This document shows, in pieces, positions 61,661 through 64,000 of a stretch of 64,000 nt of DNA. A program made the position numbers and the translations under genes. The notes beneath the pieces were generated by a model. That model was not told the origin of the DNA. It did not search any database and was given only the letters and a program-made list of their open reading frames with translations. The stretch is from a virus: the IMG/VR virus record IMGVR_UViG_3300046779_001442, positions 32,001-96,000 of that record; one strand, given 5' to 3'. The number at the start of each line of letters is the position of its first letter. Position 1 is the first letter of the stretch.

Positions 61661-62847
61661 GAAATAAATGTCGTGCATGCGACAGCCCTAAACTATTTTT
61701 AGCTATTGACCTTGGCATACAGCCATTAGCTGGTGGATTTGTAAAAGAAAAAGAGCCATCATATCTGTATCCAAACAAAATGATGGTTTGCAGTGATTGT
61801 GGACTGGGTCAGTTATCAGTTGATATCAAGCCAAGCGAATTGTACAAGAACTATAACTGGAGAACATCAACAAGTAAGTCCTATCTAAATTATATTTATG
61901 AGTTTGCTGATAAACATATTATTCCTAGGATTAACCCAGGTGAATGGGTCTTGGAAATTGCAAGCAACGATGGATACTTACTCAAATATTTGCAATCAAA
62001 TGGAATAGATGTCCTTGGCGTAGATCCTGCAGAAAATATCTCTAGGTACGCTATTTGTGATGGTGTTCCAGTAATCACAGACTTTTTTGGAACCAAGGTA
62101 GCAGAAGATGTAGTCAGGCTAAAGGGTAAACCTAAGTGGATTATTGCTAACAATGTTATGGCACACACACCAGACATTCAAGATTTTATGGCAGGCATAT
62201 CAATGCTATGTGATAGAGATACGATTGTTACTGTGGAAAATCCGACCATAATGAACATCATTGACCATGACCACTTTGATGTGATCTTCCATGAACATTA
62301 CTCATATTTGTCTGCACACGCTGTTGCAAAGCTTGCAAATAAGATGGGCCTATCTCTATTCAACGTTCAGTCAGTGCCTCCGCAAGGTGGTTCCAATAGG
62401 TATTGGATCAAGCAGGGTGGGGAGCCAACTGAGGGAGTTAGGGTAGCAATCAGGGAAGAGCTGCAGTATGGTCTTTTAGATAGAAACAAATGGTCTGAGA
62501 CACAAGATAGAATTCGCCAATCAGCAAATAGTTTTAATGGCAGGGTTGAATCTATCTGGCAATCTGGTGGAGTTGTATGTGGTGTTGGTGCATCTGCAAA
62601 GTCAACAGTGGTTCTTAATTTTGCTGGCGTACAGTCAAAAAGAATTTCAGCAATTGCTGATGATGTAAAAGAGAAGCAGGGACACTATGTCCCTGGACCC
62701 AACATTCCAATCATAAGTATGGATGAAATGCTAAAAATGAATCCAACTGATATAATAGTTTTTGCTTGGAACATTCGAGAAGAGCTAGAAAATAAGCTAA
62801 GAAATTTAGGATACACTGGAAAAGTCTGGGTATGGAACGGAGAATAA
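61651..62847 (+). CDS. NDP-hexose C-methyltransferase
   Basis: CRAC...CSDC zinc site, EIASNDG, HEHYSY, GASAK, AWN. Confidence 0.85.
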   Translation: MVIRNKCRACDSPKLFLAIDLGIQPLAGGFVKEKEPSYLYPNKMMVCSDCGLGQLSVDIKPSELYKNYNWRTSTSKSYLNYIYEFADKHIIPRINPGEWVLEIASNDGYLLKYLQSNGIDVLGVDPAENISRYAICDGVPVITDFFGTKVAEDVVRLKGKPKWIIANNVMAHTPDIQDFMAGISMLCDRDTIVTVENPTIMNIIDHDHFDVIFHEHYSYLSAHAVAKLANKMGLSLFNVQSVPPQGGSNRYWIKQGGEPTEGVRVAIREELQYGLLDRNKWSETQDRIRQSANSFNGRVESIWQSGGVVCGVGASAKSTVVLNFAGVQSKRISAIADDVKEKQGHYVPGPNIPIISMDEMLKMNPTDIIVFAWNIREELENKLRNLGYTGKVWVWNGE

Positions 62848-62848
62848 T

Positions 62849-63262
62849 ATGTATGAATATTATGTAAATGAAGTAACGAACGTAGTAGATGGAGATACCA
62901 TTGACGTTGTAATTGATTTAGGATTTGATATCCTGTTTAAGAGTCGTGTACGCTTAGCTGGAATTGATACCCCAGAATCTCGTACCTCAGATAAAGCAGA
63001 GAAGGCATTGGGTCTTGAAGCAAAAGAGTACCTAAAGAAAAACATTAAGGCTGCAAAGCATATAGTTATTCGTACCGAGAAGATGGACTCATCTGAAAAG
63101 TATGGTCGTATTCTTGGCTGGGTATATCTAGACGGTGCATCCGAATCAATTAATAATAAGATGATCGCTGATGGGTATGCTTGGGGATATCTTGGAGAGA
63201 CCAAGATCAAAGATTTTGATGCACTTGCAAAAGCACGTGCTAAAGCAAATCTATCTAAGTAA
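62849..63262 (+). CDS. Thermonuclease (SNase-like)
   Basis: VDGDTID, RLAGIDTPE, KYGRIL. Confidence 0.9.
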   Translation: MYEYYVNEVTNVVDGDTIDVVIDLGFDILFKSRVRLAGIDTPESRTSDKAEKALGLEAKEYLKKNIKAAKHIVIRTEKMDSSEKYGRILGWVYLDGASESINNKMIADGYAWGYLGETKIKDFDALAKARAKANLSK

Positions 63263-63287
63263 TAACTAATAGCAGTATAATATTACT

Positions 63288-63725
63288 ATGGAATACATAC
63301 TTGGTGCCATAATAACATTAGGGACTGTAGCTTTTGTCTCTAACAGGTTTAACAAAAGCAAAGCCATGAAGGTTTCTGTTAATGTTAGATACAGTCAGTC
63401 AAGAGCATTTGAGCTAATGAAGCCATTAAATATTTTTAGCCAGATGCTTGAGATGGCACAGAACCCAATGATTACTCAGACTACCAAGCATAACGATTCT
63501 ATGCATGTCAAAGTGGTGATTGCTGATAATGAGGCTTACTGGATATCCAACAATAAGTTTTATGTTGCTGACGTTAGAGATAAGATGGTTGTCCAGGAAT
63601 CAACCAGAGAAGTTGACACAATGGCTATGGATGATGTAGAATTAAAGAAGATAAGTGAAATTGTAGAAATATTGAGAAAGGAAGATAAAAATGATCGTGG
63701 TAGTTCAGGGAACAAAAAACTTTAA
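63288..63725 (+). CDS. Membrane-anchored hypothetical protein (leaderless)
   Basis: N-terminal TM; TATAAT 6 nt before ATG. Confidence 0.65.
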   Translation: MEYILGAIITLGTVAFVSNRFNKSKAMKVSVNVRYSQSRAFELMKPLNIFSQMLEMAQNPMITQTTKHNDSMHVKVVIADNEAYWISNNKFYVADVRDKMVVQESTREVDTMAMDDVELKKISEIVEILRKEDKNDRGSSGNKKL

Positions 63726-64000
63726 TGACTACTCAATCTTTTTGTCTGGCATGCGTTCAGCTCTAATCAGAAGAGATGAATCTGATAAAGAGTTAATAGT
63801 ATTTACAGCAGGACCCATAAACATTAATAACATGGCTATGGAGTTTCTTAATGTAACGGAGCGAAGTCTTAAGGCTAAGGGCATTAAGACCAAGCTTGTA
63901 AAGATTCCACCAAAGTGGATTGAAGATAATCATTCCGATATTGATTACTTCGCCTATTACTGCTTACCAAAAGAGTCAGTTTCTAGCTCTGTAGAATTTG
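63691..64000 (+). CDS. SLOG/YspA-like protein, truncated by the window end
   Basis: MIVVVQGTKNFNDY; frame open to the edge. Confidence 0.5.
   Translation, partial: MIVVVQGTKNFNDYSIFLSGMRSALIRRDESDKELIVFTAGPININNMAMEFLNVTERSLKAKGIKTKLVKIPPKWIEDNHSDIDYFAYYCLPKESVSSSVEF

Overview
A 64-kb segment of a large, AT-rich, apparently lytic tailed phage with a long tape-measure gene. The likely host is a freshwater actinobacterium (inferred from short-variable-arm tRNA-Leu genes, class Ib nrdIEF, many leaderless genes and a gene order resembling Streptomyces BE/BK-type phages). Almost everything is on the + strand. Order: head (portal, protease-scaffold, capsid), neck and tail (0.3-25 kb); replication and recombination (DnaB, primase, SSB, DnaE, MazG-like, RecA, Cas4-like nuclease, RuvC) with inserted 2OG-Fe(II) oxygenases (25-39 kb); terminase; secreted proteins; nrdIEF; an HslV-like protease; a 22-tRNA array (50.5-53.0 kb); then a hydroxylase/glycosyltransferase/sugar-biosynthesis region interrupted by two endolysins (53-63 kb). 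Best candidates for new biology: (1) three ~170-190 nt structured non-coding RNAs alternating with the first tRNAs, plus a small-ORF leader in front of an aberrant tRNA-Trp; (2) a putative prolyl-hydroxylase + GT60/Gnt1-like glycosylation pathway with a C-methyl-sugar module; (3) tail chaperones G and GT encoded as two paralogous genes rather than by a frameshift. All calls come from manual reading and motif recall; no searches or folding programs were run.
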